A stretch of 43,162 nucleotides of DNA from an uncultured Oscillospiraceae bacterium (GCA_964605075.1 CAZSAX010000001.1:1-43162); one strand, 5' to 3'. Shown: positions 33,046-42,185, numbered from the stretch's first letter. A program made the numbers and translations. Notes: a model not told the origin generated them from the letters alone.

Positions 33046-33634
33046 CGTTTTGAAAGCTCTTTTCGTGATACAGGAAACGCCGGTGGGCGAGGGCCTCGGC
33101 CTCGGTCCGGTCATGGGTGGCGAGAAGAAGCGTTTTTCCGGGGGTGTGGGTCTGGAGCAGGGCCAGCATGTCCGCCCGGGTCTCATCGTCCAGACCCTTC
33201 AGGGGTTCATCCAGAAGCAGCAGACTTCCGCCGCTGGCCAGCGCCCGGGCCAGGCTTAGCCTCTGCTGCATGCCGCCGGAGAGCTCCCGGGGATATTTTT
33301 TGGCCGCCGGGCTCAGGCCCACGGCCTCCAGCCAGCGCCGGGCCTCCGGAAGGGTCGCGGCCCGGTCGGAAAGGACGGTGTTCACATTTTCTTCCGCGGT
33401 GAGCCAGGGCAGGAGCCGGGGCTCCTGGAAAAGGAAGGCGATGCGGTCCGCCGAAACGCGGAGGGTGCCGGCGGTGGGCTTGACAAGGCCGGCAACGAGC
33501 CGCAGAAGACTGGTCTTGCCGCAGCCGGAGGGGCCCATGAGAGCGACACGCTCTCCCGGGGCGATACGGAGATCCTGGTCACTGAGCACGGTCTGGCCGC
33601 CGTAGCGGAGGCAGACGTTTGTCAGTTCGATCAT
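33041..33634 (-). CDS. ABC transporter ATP-binding protein (NitT/TauT-type)
   Basis: The start MIELTNV at 33634 overlaps the permease stop (ATGA). Walker A LMGPSGCGKTSLL, signature LSGGMQQRLSLARAL, Walker B LLLLDEP. Confidence 0.9.
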   Translation of the reverse strand: MIELTNVCLRYGGQTVLSDQDLRIAPGERVALMGPSGCGKTSLLRLVAGLVKPTAGTLRVSADRIAFLFQEPRLLPWLTAEENVNTVLSDRAATLPEARRWLEAVGLSPAAKKYPRELSGGMQQRLSLARALASGGSLLLLDEPLKGLDDETRADMLALLQTHTPGKTLLLATHDRTEAEALAHRRFLYHEKSFQNA

Positions 33635-34386
33635 GCGCCCGCACCCCCTTTCTCCAGCCGGGCGATGGCGGCGGCCAGCAGCTTTTCGATGATCAGACTG
33701 CACAGGATCACCGTGACTGTCCAGGCGAACAGATCGATGGTCTCCAGATAGAGCTTGGATTCATAGAGCATCTGGCCGATGGAGTTTTTCGGCACGGTAA
33801 GGACCTCCGCGGCCACCCCGGCTTTCCAGGCAAGGCCCAGGCCGCTGCGGCAGGCGGCGAAAAAGTAGGGCGCGGCGGAGGGAATGTAGATCCGGCGCAG
33901 TTTGCGCAGGGGCGGGAAACGGTAGACCGAGGCCAGTTCCAGAAGCTGGGGATCTGCGGCGGCTGCTCCGGCGGCCACGTTCCGCCATACCACCGGCAGC
34001 ACCATCAAAGCCACGATGACGCTGGGGAGAATGTCCCGTCCCAGCCAGATGAGAAACAGCAGAATGAAGGAAGCCACCGGCGTGGACTGGATGATGGTCA
34101 GCAAGGGGGAAAGCAGCGCCCGCAGCAGCCGGAAACGGCTGGTGGCTGCGGCCAGCAGCACCCCGGCCGGGATGGCGCACCCAAGGCCCAGCGCAATGCG
34201 CAGCAGGGTCTTTCCCGCAGTGGTCCAGAAAGGGGCGGTGCCGGCCAGGACCCAAAGCCGCTTCAGCACGGCCCAGGGCCCCGGCAGAAGCAGCGGTTTG
34301 TCCACCGCGAAAGCCAGCGCGGCCCACAGACCCAGCCAGAAGACGGCGATTATGCAGTTTTTCAGAAGCTTTTTGATCGGTTCCAT
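33631..34386 (-). CDS. ABC transporter permease (NitT/TauT-type)
   Basis: 251 aa with about 6 TM helices. Sits between the binding-protein and ATPase genes. Confidence 0.8.
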   Translation of the reverse strand: MEPIKKLLKNCIIAVFWLGLWAALAFAVDKPLLLPGPWAVLKRLWVLAGTAPFWTTAGKTLLRIALGLGCAIPAGVLLAAATSRFRLLRALLSPLLTIIQSTPVASFILLFLIWLGRDILPSVIVALMVLPVVWRNVAAGAAAADPQLLELASVYRFPPLRKLRRIYIPSAAPYFFAACRSGLGLAWKAGVAAEVLTVPKNSIGQMLYESKLYLETIDLFAWTVTVILCSLIIEKLLAAAIARLEKGGAGA

Positions 34387-34406
34387 GGCGGTGTGACCGG
34401 GACTTT

Positions 34407-35462
34407 TTACTGGCCCAGCCAGTAGAAGTCGTCACCGGGAAGCGCGCCGCCCACCGCGGAGGGCTCCAGCTCGAAGAGAATGCTGCAGAACTGGCTCATG
34501 GCGGCTTTCATGTCCTCCCCGGCCAGGAAGCAGACATTGCAGTTGGGGATGGCGCGGGCGGCCACGCCGCCGTTGGTGAACACGCCGGTTTCCTCAATGA
34601 GAGCGCCGGCGGCGGAGGCATCCTCAGAAAGATAGGCAATGGAGGCTTCATACTCTTCCAGGAAAGCGGCGATGGCTTCGGGGTGAGCCTGCGCGAATTC
34701 CGTCCGGGCCACCACGCAGCCCTGCACCAGGCTGCCGGCGGGATAAAGCGTGTCCCACGCGGCGGTGAGATCCAGGGCGGTGACGAGGCTTTCGTTGGCG
34801 GCGCAGGCGATGGTCACCATGGGCTCGGGAAGAACGGCCGCGTCCACCTCGCCGGCGGCCAGGGCGGTGCGCAGGTCGGCGGGCTGGGCGTAAGTGTTAT
34901 CGATGGTCACATCCGTAAGCCCGGCGGCGGTGAGGAGGGCTTTTACCAGGAAGGTGGGGTTCTGGGCGGGGACATAAAGGGTCATGCCGGCCAGGTCGGA
35001 AAGACTTTCCACGGTCACGGTCTCGCCGTTGACCACCAGATAGAGAACGCCCAGTGTGTTGATGGCCAGCATCTGCACGGCGCCCCCGGTCTTGTTGTAG
35101 ACGGTGGCGGCGGCGTTGGTGGGAAGGGCGGCTATGTCGCAGGTGCCGTTGATGAGAGCGGCCGTGACGGCGCTGGCGTCGGACTCCACGGAGAAGCTGT
35201 AATTCAGCGCGGCTTCGCCGGCCTGGCTGTCCGCCATGAGCCTGGCCATGCCGAAGCCGGTGGTGCCGTTGAGGACCATGACCCGGGCGGCGATGGGTTC
35301 GCCCTCCGCCGGGGTCTCCGGTGCGGCGGCAGCGGCTTCGGGGTGGGACTCCTGGGCAGGGGCGGGGACTTCGGTGGCTTCGGGCGCGGGCTGGCTGCCG
35401 GCGCAGGCGCACAGGCTCAGAAGCAGGGCGATGAGAACAAGAACAGAAGAGATGCGTTTCAT
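34407..35462 (-). CDS. ABC transporter substrate-binding lipoprotein (NMT1/THI5-like)
   Basis: The true start is MKRISSVLVLIALLLSLCACAG (lipobox LCAC) at 35462, with RBS GGAGG. The longer listed ORF has an implausible Arg/His-rich N-extension. Confidence 0.8.
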   Translation of the reverse strand: MKRISSVLVLIALLLSLCACAGSQPAPEATEVPAPAQESHPEAAAAAPETPAEGEPIAARVMVLNGTTGFGMARLMADSQAGEAALNYSFSVESDASAVTAALINGTCDIAALPTNAAATVYNKTGGAVQMLAINTLGVLYLVVNGETVTVESLSDLAGMTLYVPAQNPTFLVKALLTAAGLTDVTIDNTYAQPADLRTALAAGEVDAAVLPEPMVTIACAANESLVTALDLTAAWDTLYPAGSLVQGCVVARTEFAQAHPEAIAAFLEEYEASIAYLSEDASAAGALIEETGVFTNGGVAARAIPNCNVCFLAGEDMKAAMSQFCSILFELEPSAVGGALPGDDFYWLGQ

Positions 35463-35734
35463 TTTGATTCCTCCGCTTCGGTTTTGGTAACAAGGCGGGA
35501 ATAGGCGGTCTTGGCGCTGACGCCTCTGAGCTTTCCGATCTCCCCGGACAGGGTGTTGATCACGTCCTGGGGGGCATCGATGGCGATGCTGATGATGTTT
35601 ACGTTCTTTTCCCGGTAGGGGATGCCCATCCGGCCGAGAATGTAGCCGCTGTAGCGGTGCAGGATGGTGTTGATGGATTCGGCGGATTCCAGATCTTCCA
35701 CCAGAATACCGATGATGGCAACGCGGGTTTCCAT
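35459..35734 (-). CDS. TM1266-family small ACT-like protein (usually annotated as iron-only hydrogenase system regulator)
   Basis: The start METRVAIIGILVED at 35734 follows AAAGGAG. 91 aa. Its stop overlaps the start of the binding-protein gene. Confidence 0.6.
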   Translation of the reverse strand: METRVAIIGILVEDLESAESINTILHRYSGYILGRMGIPYREKNVNIISIAIDAPQDVINTLSGEIGKLRGVSAKTAYSRLVTKTEAEESK

Positions 35735-35753
35735 GGGATCGCTCCTTTCTGTG

Positions 35754-35788
35754 CAAAAAAATGACTGTACCCCGAAAGATACAGTCAT
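35754..35788 (-). terminator. Rho-independent terminator of the DUF1653 gene
   Basis: The reverse strand reads atgactgta tctttcgggg tacagtcat followed by ttttttt. Confidence 0.8.
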
Positions 35789-35917
35789 TGCGAATTCATT
35801 CAAAAAGCGCAGCTGAACCGGATCTTTCGCCTCAATCTTTATTTCGGCGTCAGAGGGCTGTCGTACACATTCATTATAACAGCTTTGATCTGGCTGTCAA
35901 GAAACCGGTCGGGCCGC

Positions 35918-36172
35918 TTATTCCCGGCGGCTGGCCACGCTGTCGATATCCAGCAGTTCAAAGCGGCAGCGCTGGGGACAATCGGGGTATTTGCTGCGGT
36001 CCACTTCCTCCAGAAACATGGCCTTGGGCCGGATCCAGAGGGAGCCGTCGCCGTAAAGCTTGCGGTAGATGACGTATTCTTCTCCGGTCTCGCTGTGTTT
36101 GGCGATGTCCTCGGTGAGGTAGTGGTCGCCCTTGAAGTGGCGGTAAACACGTTTGAGTTTGAGTTCCTGCAT
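35918..36172 (-). CDS. DUF1653-domain protein
   Basis: The start MQELKLKRVYRHFKGDHY at 36172 follows AAAGGAGG. The YRHFKG..Y...D.A.H.ETGEE.V.YR.LYGDG..W.RP..MF pattern fits the family. Confidence 0.75.
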   Translation of the reverse strand: MQELKLKRVYRHFKGDHYLTEDIAKHSETGEEYVIYRKLYGDGSLWIRPKAMFLEEVDRSKYPDCPQRCRFELLDIDSVASRRE

Positions 36173-36231
36173 GGCGGGCCTCCTTTTGGGGTTCTGCCTG
36201 GAGTGTAGCATGAACGGGGGCGTCTTGCAAC

Positions 36232-36258
36232 GAAAAAAGCATCGGCGGGAGCCGATGC
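36232..36258 (-). terminator. Rho-independent terminator of the acyltransferase gene
   Basis: The reverse strand reads gcatcggc tccc gccgatgc followed by tttttt. Confidence 0.75.
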
Positions 36259-36271
36259 TTTTGCTGTTTTT

Positions 36272-37297
36272 TTATTCGCCGGAAGCCAGAGCTTTGCGGG
36301 CCGGCGCTTTGCGCCGGGCCTGCTCCATTTTGTAAAGATCTTCCGTGGCCAGGGCCAGTTTGGTGATCACGTCCGGCTTTTCCGGGAAGCAGTAGAAGGA
36401 GTCGGTCTCGATGGCGATCTCAAAGGCGTCCTTCTGCACAATGCGGTGGTAGTCGTATTCCACGTGCAGGCTGCCGTCTGCCTCCAGGTTCCAGCGCTTG
36501 CCGCAGGCGGTGCAGAAAAGCTCCGTGCCCTGGGAGGCCATCCGGGATTCGGTCCGGCAGTGGGGGCAATGGTAAAGGATCTTATGCAGGCCCTCCGCCC
36601 GGTTGGGGGCGCTGATGAGGAAGCCGGCTTCCTTCTGATAGCGGTACTCATCGTACTCCAAGGCCTGACGCAGAGCGGCGTTGATCTCGTCGGCAGACAT
36701 CTGCTGCACCTGCTCGGCGGTGAGTACCTGGGTGAGGGTCAGATGCAGGGGAACGCCCTTGCGGGGGCGGCTGAAGCACCAGAAGGGGGGTTCCAGATGG
36801 TTGCCCCGATGAACGGCCACCACCAGAGGGCAGTTGTTCATCTTCACAAGCTTTCCCAGCGATTCCGGCAGGAAAGCGGTGGTGCCGATGGCGCTGTAGC
36901 GGGCTTCCGGGTACATGCAGAGGATGTCGCCCCGCTGGATGACCTTGCGGATGGACTTTACCAGATGAAGATCGGCAATGAATTTCCGGGTGGCGATGCA
37001 GCCGATGAGCTCCATGAGCCAGGGACGCAGATAGTAGCCGTCCTGGCTGACCACATTGTTGACCCGGTGGGGCCAGGTGGCCAGGGCGTTGAGCTCGAAG
37101 TCTACAAAGTACATATGGTTGCTGAAAAGAATATAGGGGGGCTTCAGGCCCTCCGTGTTGATCTTCTTGATTTTGTAGGTTTTGCCCATGAGGGCGATCT
37201 TTGACAGCAGCCAGATCAGCCCCACGACCCAGCGGGGCTGGCGAAGAGGGTAGCGGGCCGTGTTATAATAGCGTTTCTTCCGGTAGTTAACGTCCAA
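36272..37297 (-). CDS. Lysophospholipid (PlsC-family) acyltransferase-like protein
   Basis: H-x4-D motif in LFSNHMYFVDFE. An N-terminal hydrophobic segment. TTG start with GAGGAA upstream. Confidence 0.65.
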   Translation of the reverse strand: MDVNYRKKRYYNTARYPLRQPRWVVGLIWLLSKIALMGKTYKIKKINTEGLKPPYILFSNHMYFVDFELNALATWPHRVNNVVSQDGYYLRPWLMELIGCIATRKFIADLHLVKSIRKVIQRGDILCMYPEARYSAIGTTAFLPESLGKLVKMNNCPLVVAVHRGNHLEPPFWCFSRPRKGVPLHLTLTQVLTAEQVQQMSADEINAALRQALEYDEYRYQKEAGFLISAPNRAEGLHKILYHCPHCRTESRMASQGTELFCTACGKRWNLEADGSLHVEYDYHRIVQKDAFEIAIETDSFYCFPEKPDVITKLALATEDLYKMEQARRKAPARKALASGE

Positions 37298-37501
37298 AGC
37301 AAGTTCCTCGTTCCTGGAGAAATGTCAACAATTGTTGAAGTTTCGTTTATTCTAACGTATAGGATGACCGATTGCAAGTGTTTAAATGGAATCGGGGAAA
37401 TGGCCGGAACGAGGGCTTTTGGCCGCTTTTTTTCAAAGAAAGGATTTTCTTTTCGGAGGGACTGTGATACGATATTAACAAAGATGACAGGAGGTGGCGC
37501 G

Positions 37502-38833
37502 ATGAAGCAGCGCTTAAGCTATCAGCAGCGGATCCTGGTGGCCGGGACGCTGTTCGGCATGTTTTTCGGTGCGGGCAATCTGATCTTCCCGGTGCATCTG
37601 GGCCAGCTGGCGGGCAGCCGGGTGATCCCGGCCATGCTGGGCTTTATCATCACGGCGGTGACCGTTCCCATTCTGGGCGTGGCCGCCATCGGCAACACCC
37701 ATTCCGACGGTCTGCAGGCCCTGGCCGGCAAGGTGGGCAAGGGCTACGGCTATGGCTTCACCTGCCTGCTGTACCTGACCATCGGGCCCTTTTTTGCCAT
37801 TCCCCGCTGCGCCACCACCTCCTTTACCACGGGCATTGAGCCCATGCTTTCCGGCGGCTCCCAGAGAGCGGCGCTGCTGATCTTCTCGGCGGTGTTTTTC
37901 GCGCTGGTTCTGTGCTTCTCCCTGCGCCCCGCCGGCATCACCGTATGGATCGGCAAGATCATCAACCCCATTTTCCTTGTGTTTCTGGGGGTCCTGGTGA
38001 TGGCGGCGCTGCTGGATCCCGGCGCCCGGGTGGCGGAGATCGTGCCGGACCCGGCCTATGAAAGCGGGGCGCTCTTTTCCGCTCTTATTGAGGGCTACGG
38101 CACCATGGACGCCATTGCGGGCCTGGCCTTCGGCATCGTGGTCATCGATATCGTCCGCGGCATGGGCGTGCAGGAGGACGGGGCGGTGGCGAAGGAGGTG
38201 CTTCGCTCCGGCATCCTCACCGGCCTTCTGATGGCGGCGATCTACATCGTCACCATCCTCATCGGGGCCCAGTCCCGGGGCCTGTTTGAAACCAGTGAAA
38301 ACGGCGGCATCGCGCTGGCGCAGATCGCCGGACACTATCTGGGCGGCGCGGGCAGCATCGTTCTGGCGGTGACCATCACCGCCGCCTGCCTTAAGACTTC
38401 CATCGGCCTTGTGACCAGCTGTTCGGACACCTTTGTGCGCATGTTTCCCCAAGGGCCGGGCTACCGGTTCTGGGCGGTGGTCTTTTCGCTGTTTTCCTTT
38501 GTGGTGTCCAATGTGGGGCTTTCAAAGATCATTGAGTTTTCTCTGCCCATGCTGATGTTCCTGTATCCCCTGGCCATCACGCTGATCGCACTGGCTTTGT
38601 GCGGGAAGCTTTTTGGCCATGACCGGGTGGTGTATGTCTGTGTGACAGCGTTCACCGCGGCGGCGGCCCTGTTCGACTTTGTCAAAACCCTGCCCGCGGG
38701 GCTGCAGATCCCGGCGGTGGTGGAGCTGGGGAAAAAGATGCTGCCCTGGTACGACCTGAACCTGGGCTGGATCGTCCCGGCGCTGGTCGGCCTGGCTCTG
38801 GGGCTGGTGCTGCGAAAGGTGAAAAAGGCATAA
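37502..38833 (+). CDS. brnQ: Branched-chain amino acid transport system II carrier (LIVCS family)
   Basis: ATG 37502 follows AGGAGGTGG. GTLFGMFFGAGNLIFPVHLG is the hallmark BrnQ N-terminus. About 12 TM helices. Confidence 0.85.
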   Translation: MKQRLSYQQRILVAGTLFGMFFGAGNLIFPVHLGQLAGSRVIPAMLGFIITAVTVPILGVAAIGNTHSDGLQALAGKVGKGYGYGFTCLLYLTIGPFFAIPRCATTSFTTGIEPMLSGGSQRAALLIFSAVFFALVLCFSLRPAGITVWIGKIINPIFLVFLGVLVMAALLDPGARVAEIVPDPAYESGALFSALIEGYGTMDAIAGLAFGIVVIDIVRGMGVQEDGAVAKEVLRSGILTGLLMAAIYIVTILIGAQSRGLFETSENGGIALAQIAGHYLGGAGSIVLAVTITAACLKTSIGLVTSCSDTFVRMFPQGPGYRFWAVVFSLFSFVVSNVGLSKIIEFSLPMLMFLYPLAITLIALALCGKLFGHDRVVYVCVTAFTAAAALFDFVKTLPAGLQIPAVVELGKKMLPWYDLNLGWIVPALVGLALGLVLRKVKKA

Positions 38834-38837
38834 AAAG

Positions 38838-38867
38838 AAATCCCGAATGCGTCAGCATTCGGGATTT
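38838..38867. terminator. Bidirectional terminator between convergent brnQ and lipoprotein genes
   Basis: aaatcccgaatgc gtca gcattcgggattt with A/T tracts on both sides. Confidence 0.8.
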
Positions 38868-38879
38868 ATCATATTTTGC

Positions 38880-40463
38880 TTATGGGTTCAAAGCGGCGTT
38901 TACCGCGGCCAGGTCTTCCGCGCTGAGGGGGACAAAGAGTTCTTCCTCTTCCATAAAGAAGACGGTCTGGCCCATGTTCAGAAAAGAGTCGTAGGAAAGA
39001 AGCGCGGCAATGATGGGGTTAAGGGGATCGGAATAGTCGTCCCAATCCCAGGTCCAGTCGGTAAGGTCAAAGTCGGTGTCAGTGTACAGGGTGCTGCTGT
39101 TGAGGTCTTTAATATAGGTACCGGCGGAAAAACCGTACATATTGGTGTCGATGCCCTGGGCCTGAAGGAGCAGAACGTGAAGCTCGAAGCCGTTTTCGGG
39201 ATGGCGGAAGCTCAGTTCCCCGCCTGCGGAAAGCTGCAGGGAGGAGGGGTCAAAGGCGGCCTGCTTAAAGCGGGCGGTCTTGGCTGCCTCCATGGCTGCA
39301 TCGAAAAACAGACGCTGCCAATCGCTCAGCCCGACGGCCTGCTCCAGCCGGAGAGTATCTGCCTGTTCCGCGGTCTGGGCATAAAACGAGTTCAGACTTT
39401 CGTTTACGGTGGCCAGCTCCTCTGCGCTGAGGAGATAGCTGCTCTCGTTCTGGAACCAGAGTGTGGTTTCGGTGCCGCAGAGTATGTTGTCATAGGCGCT
39501 GAGCAGCTTGGCAAAGCAGTTCTCGATACATTCAAACCCACCGATGTCATTAAGATCCAGATCAGCGGCAGTATACACCGCGCCGCTGGTCATGTCCAGA
39601 AGGGCGGTGCCGCCGGGCAGACCGTGAAGATCGGGGTTGACGCTGTCTGCGTGGATGAGAAGAATGTGGACGGGATAGCCTTCCATGTTGTCCAGTTTAA
39701 ACTCCATGGCACTGTCCAGGCGGATGCCGGTGGGGTCGTCGGAGAGCTGCTGATAATGGGGGCTTTCCTGAAACGCTTTTGCGGTGTCGATGGCTTTCTG
39801 GATGCGCTCGTCGTTTCCGGTGAAAAGGATGGCGCGGCCGGAATCATCCACCGATTCCTCCGCCTCCTTGGCGCTTTCATAGCCGTTGTACTGCAGACCG
39901 AGCTCGTCATTCACAGCGGCGATCTGCTCGGCGGTCAGAGCTTTGTGGGCCCCCTGGCTGGAATAGAAAACGGGCTCATATGGATCGTTGCAGTAAAGGG
40001 TGTTCATAAGGATGGCCTGGAGTTCTTCTTCGCTGTGGATGGTGCCGTCGAAAAAAATGGTATAATCGTCCAGGGGGATGCTGAGACTGTCGACGACATC
40101 GCCGGTGTTCAGGTCAATGTAAACCTGAACGTTGTCGCCGAGGATGTCCTCGCCGTAAAGAACATCCGCTTTGATGGTCAGAAGCAGAGCGTCGACTTTG
40201 AAGCCGTTGAGGTCAGCCAGGTGATACTCCAGGGCTTTTTCCAGCAGGCATCCGCCGCTTTTGCTGTTCATGACGCTTTCAAATGCTGCCACGGCGGTCT
40301 GGTAGCTTTCCCCGGGCAGATAGGCCGCGAGAGAATCCCGGACAAAGTCTGTGGTGATCACAAAGTCATAGTTTTCCGGCGCCGGACCTCCGTTATCCCC
40401 GGAACAGCCGGCCAGGGGAAGAAACAGGAGAATGCACAGGATCAGGGAAATGGTTTTATGCAT
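38880..40463 (-). CDS. Lipoprotein of unknown function with three internal repeats of about 170 aa (527 aa)
   Basis: The true start is MHKTISLILCILLFLPLAGCSG (lipobox LAGC) at 40463. The listed longer ORF runs into tRNA-Lys. Each repeat ends LTAEQIAAVNDEL / LSAEELATVNESL / LSAEDLAAVNAAL. Confidence 0.75.
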   Translation of the reverse strand: MHKTISLILCILLFLPLAGCSGDNGGPAPENYDFVITTDFVRDSLAAYLPGESYQTAVAAFESVMNSKSGGCLLEKALEYHLADLNGFKVDALLLTIKADVLYGEDILGDNVQVYIDLNTGDVVDSLSIPLDDYTIFFDGTIHSEEELQAILMNTLYCNDPYEPVFYSSQGAHKALTAEQIAAVNDELGLQYNGYESAKEAEESVDDSGRAILFTGNDERIQKAIDTAKAFQESPHYQQLSDDPTGIRLDSAMEFKLDNMEGYPVHILLIHADSVNPDLHGLPGGTALLDMTSGAVYTAADLDLNDIGGFECIENCFAKLLSAYDNILCGTETTLWFQNESSYLLSAEELATVNESLNSFYAQTAEQADTLRLEQAVGLSDWQRLFFDAAMEAAKTARFKQAAFDPSSLQLSAGGELSFRHPENGFELHVLLLQAQGIDTNMYGFSAGTYIKDLNSSTLYTDTDFDLTDWTWDWDDYSDPLNPIIAALLSYDSFLNMGQTVFFMEEEELFVPLSAEDLAAVNAALNP

Positions 40464-40487
40464 AAGCAAACACCGCCCTTTCGGATA

Positions 40488-40525
40488 AATAAAAACATCG
40501 GAGCAAAGCGGACTTTGCTCCGATG
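40488..40525 (-). terminator. Rho-independent terminator of the tRNA cluster
   Basis: The reverse strand reads catcggagcaaag tccg ctttgctccgatg followed by tttttatt. Confidence 0.8.
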
Positions 40526-40601
40526 TGGTGACCTGGCGGGGATTCGAACCCCGGACCCACTGCTTAAAAGGCAGTTGCTCTGCCAACTGAGCTACCAAGT
40601 C
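40526..40601 (-). tRNA. tRNA-Lys (anticodon TTT)
   Basis: The reverse complement is GACTTGGTAGCTCAG...ACTGC CTTTTAA GCAGT...GGTTCGAATCC...CCA. It folds as a cloverleaf by eye and CCA is encoded. Confidence 0.9.
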
Positions 40602-40604
40602 ATC

Positions 40605-40678
40605 TGGCAGGGACGGCGGGATTCGAACCCACTATATCGGAGTCAAAGTCCGGTGTGTTACCGTTACACTACATCCCT
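40605..40678 (-). tRNA. tRNA-Gln (anticodon TTG)
   Basis: The reverse complement is AGGGATG TA GTGT AACGGTA ACAC A CCGGA CTTTGAC TCCGA TATA GTGGG TTCGAAT CCCGC CGTCCCT G CCA. There is one mismatch at the top of the anticodon stem. Confidence 0.8.
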
Positions 40679-40732
40679 ATGGATGCCGCCATCCGTTATG
40701 TGATTGGGCCGCGGACTGCGGCGAATAAAAAA

Positions 40733-40810
40733 TGGGGTGGGTAATGGGACTCGAACCCACGACACCCGGAACCACAATCCGGTGCTCTAACCAACTGAGC
40801 TATACCCACC
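40733..40810 (-). tRNA. tRNA-His (anticodon GTG)
   Basis: The reverse complement is G(-1)GTGGGTATAGCTCAGTTGG...CCGGA TTGTGGT TCCGG...TACCCAC C CCA. The extra 5' G and discriminator C are typical of tRNA-His. Confidence 0.9.
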
Positions 40811-40829
40811 ATGTTTCTGCATATGAAGT

Positions 40830-40906
40830 TGGCACGCCAGGAGGGACTCGAACCCCCGGCCTACTGCTTAGAAGGCAGTTGCTCTATCCACCTGAGCTAC
40901 TGGCGC
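40830..40906 (-). tRNA. tRNA-Arg (anticodon TCT)
   Basis: The reverse complement is GCGCCAGTAGCTCAGGTGG...ACTGC CTTCTAA GCAGT...GGTTCGAGTCC...CCA. Confidence 0.9.
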
Positions 40907-40926
40907 ATATCTTACGGCAAGAATGC

Positions 40927-41001
40927 TGGAGCGGGCGATGGGAATCGAACCCACGTCCCCAGCTTGGAAGGCTGGTGCACTAGCCGTTGTGCTACGCCCG
41001 C
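40927..41001 (-). tRNA. tRNA-Gly (anticodon TCC)
   Basis: The reverse complement is GCGGGCGTAGCACAACGG...CCAGC CTTCCAA GCTGG...GGTTCGATTCC...CCA. Confidence 0.9.
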
Positions 41002-41036
41002 AAGCTCAAAAAGGATAACACTTTATGCGCGGATTG

Positions 41037-42185
41037 TCAATATCCTTCGGCCCTGGTTTTTGAATTTTTTTTGATTTTTTCTTCCGTGTTGACCAAAATG
41101 GGGCTGTCTTTGCGGATCAGATGGATCACACCCCCGTCATCCAGGCTTTTCACAATGGCGCAGGTGAGCGGCAGACCGAGCAGGCCGATGCCGCCGAAAA
41201 GCCTGGCGCCGACGAACATACTCATCAGCGTCACCAGCGGATGCAGGCCCACGGAGCGGCCCACGATCCGGGGCTCCAGCAGCTGCCGCAGCACGATCAC
41301 GATGACCCACAGGGCCAGAAGCCCCGCGCCCTTGGCATAGTTTCCGGCCACAAAGCTCACAATGGACCAGGGCAGCAGGATCAGCCCCGCGCCCACGATG
41401 GGGAAGAGGTCGAACAGGGCGATGAGCGCGGCGATGAGCAGGGCCTTTTCCTGCCGGATGAGAACAAGCCCCAGAAAGATCTCTCCGAAGGTGATGGCCA
41501 TGAGGATCAGATAGCCCCTGGCGTACTGGCCCACCACATTTTTCAGGCTCTCCATGGTCTTGGTCGCCAGACGCTTGAAGCTCTCCGGGATCTGGCGCAG
41601 GAGAAAGGCGGAGATGTGGGGATAATCCAGGGTCATGAAGATGGTGGCGATCACGCAGATCAGAAGGCTCAGAAGGGTCTTGGGCAGGGCGGCGATGAAG
41701 CCTGTCACCGCGCTGACCGCCTTCATGGAAAGGCTGCTCACCGCGGAACTCAGAGAGGCGATGAGGTCGGGCAGGGCGGTGTCAGCCGCGGCATAGACTT
41801 CGGGGGTGAGCTCCAGCGCCAGGGTCTCCAGCCGGGCCAGCGTCTGGCGGAGATTCGGCTCCACGGTGCTTGTGTACAGCTCCGGCAGCGAGGCCACCAG
41901 GTCCAGGCCGGAGGTGATGAGCTTTGCCACCAGCAGATACAGCGCGCCGCAGAGCACGGCAAAAAACAGCAGCAGACACAAAAGCGCCGCCAGATGGTAG
42001 CGGATGTGCCAGTGCAGGGTCATATACCGGATGGCGGGGCGCAGAAGCCAGGAAAAGGCGAAGGCCAGCAGAAAGGGCCACAGCAGACCGAAGAGATATT
42101 TGAAGGCGGCAAAGACCAGCAGTGCGATGATGGCCCAGTAGGCGAGGTTGACGATCATGCGCTTGCGCCTGTTGATTTCAGCCAA
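41037..42185 (-). CDS. AI-2E family (PerM/YtvI-like) integral membrane transporter
   Basis: 382 aa with about 8 TM helices. The LFDLFPIVGAGLILLPW motif is typical of UPF0118/AI-2E. TTG start 8 nt after GGAGG. Confidence 0.75.
   Translation of the reverse strand: MAEINRRKRMIVNLAYWAIIALLVFAAFKYLFGLLWPFLLAFAFSWLLRPAIRYMTLHWHIRYHLAALLCLLLFFAVLCGALYLLVAKLITSGLDLVASLPELYTSTVEPNLRQTLARLETLALELTPEVYAAADTALPDLIASLSSAVSSLSMKAVSAVTGFIAALPKTLLSLLICVIATIFMTLDYPHISAFLLRQIPESFKRLATKTMESLKNVVGQYARGYLILMAITFGEIFLGLVLIRQEKALLIAALIALFDLFPIVGAGLILLPWSIVSFVAGNYAKGAGLLALWVIVIVLRQLLEPRIVGRSVGLHPLVTLMSMFVGARLFGGIGLLGLPLTCAIVKSLDDGGVIHLIRKDSPILVNTEEKIKKNSKTRAEGY

Noticed and set aside
34407-35803. Long N-terminal extensions of the listed ORFs 34407-35756 (449 aa) and 35459-35803 (114 aa). 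Similar extensions occur at 33041-33703, 35918-36211, 37322-38833 and 27437-28216.
   Set aside because: The extensions are Arg/His-rich or lack an RBS. Internal Met codons preceded by strong GGAGG-type RBSs give proteins that start with the expected lipobox, signal or family N-termini. These shorter coordinates are used in the feature list.
37298-37501. The 200-nt leader upstream of brnQ, examined for a T-box or other riboswitch and attenuator (a ggcc...ggccgcttttttt stretch).
   Set aside because: I could not find a convincing specifier/T-box consensus or a stable terminator/antiterminator pair by eye. The stem is only about 4 bp.
38847-40703. 618-aa forward ORF.
   Set aside because: It is antisense to the lipoprotein gene and runs straight through tRNA-Lys and tRNA-Gln. 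It has no RBS or motifs.
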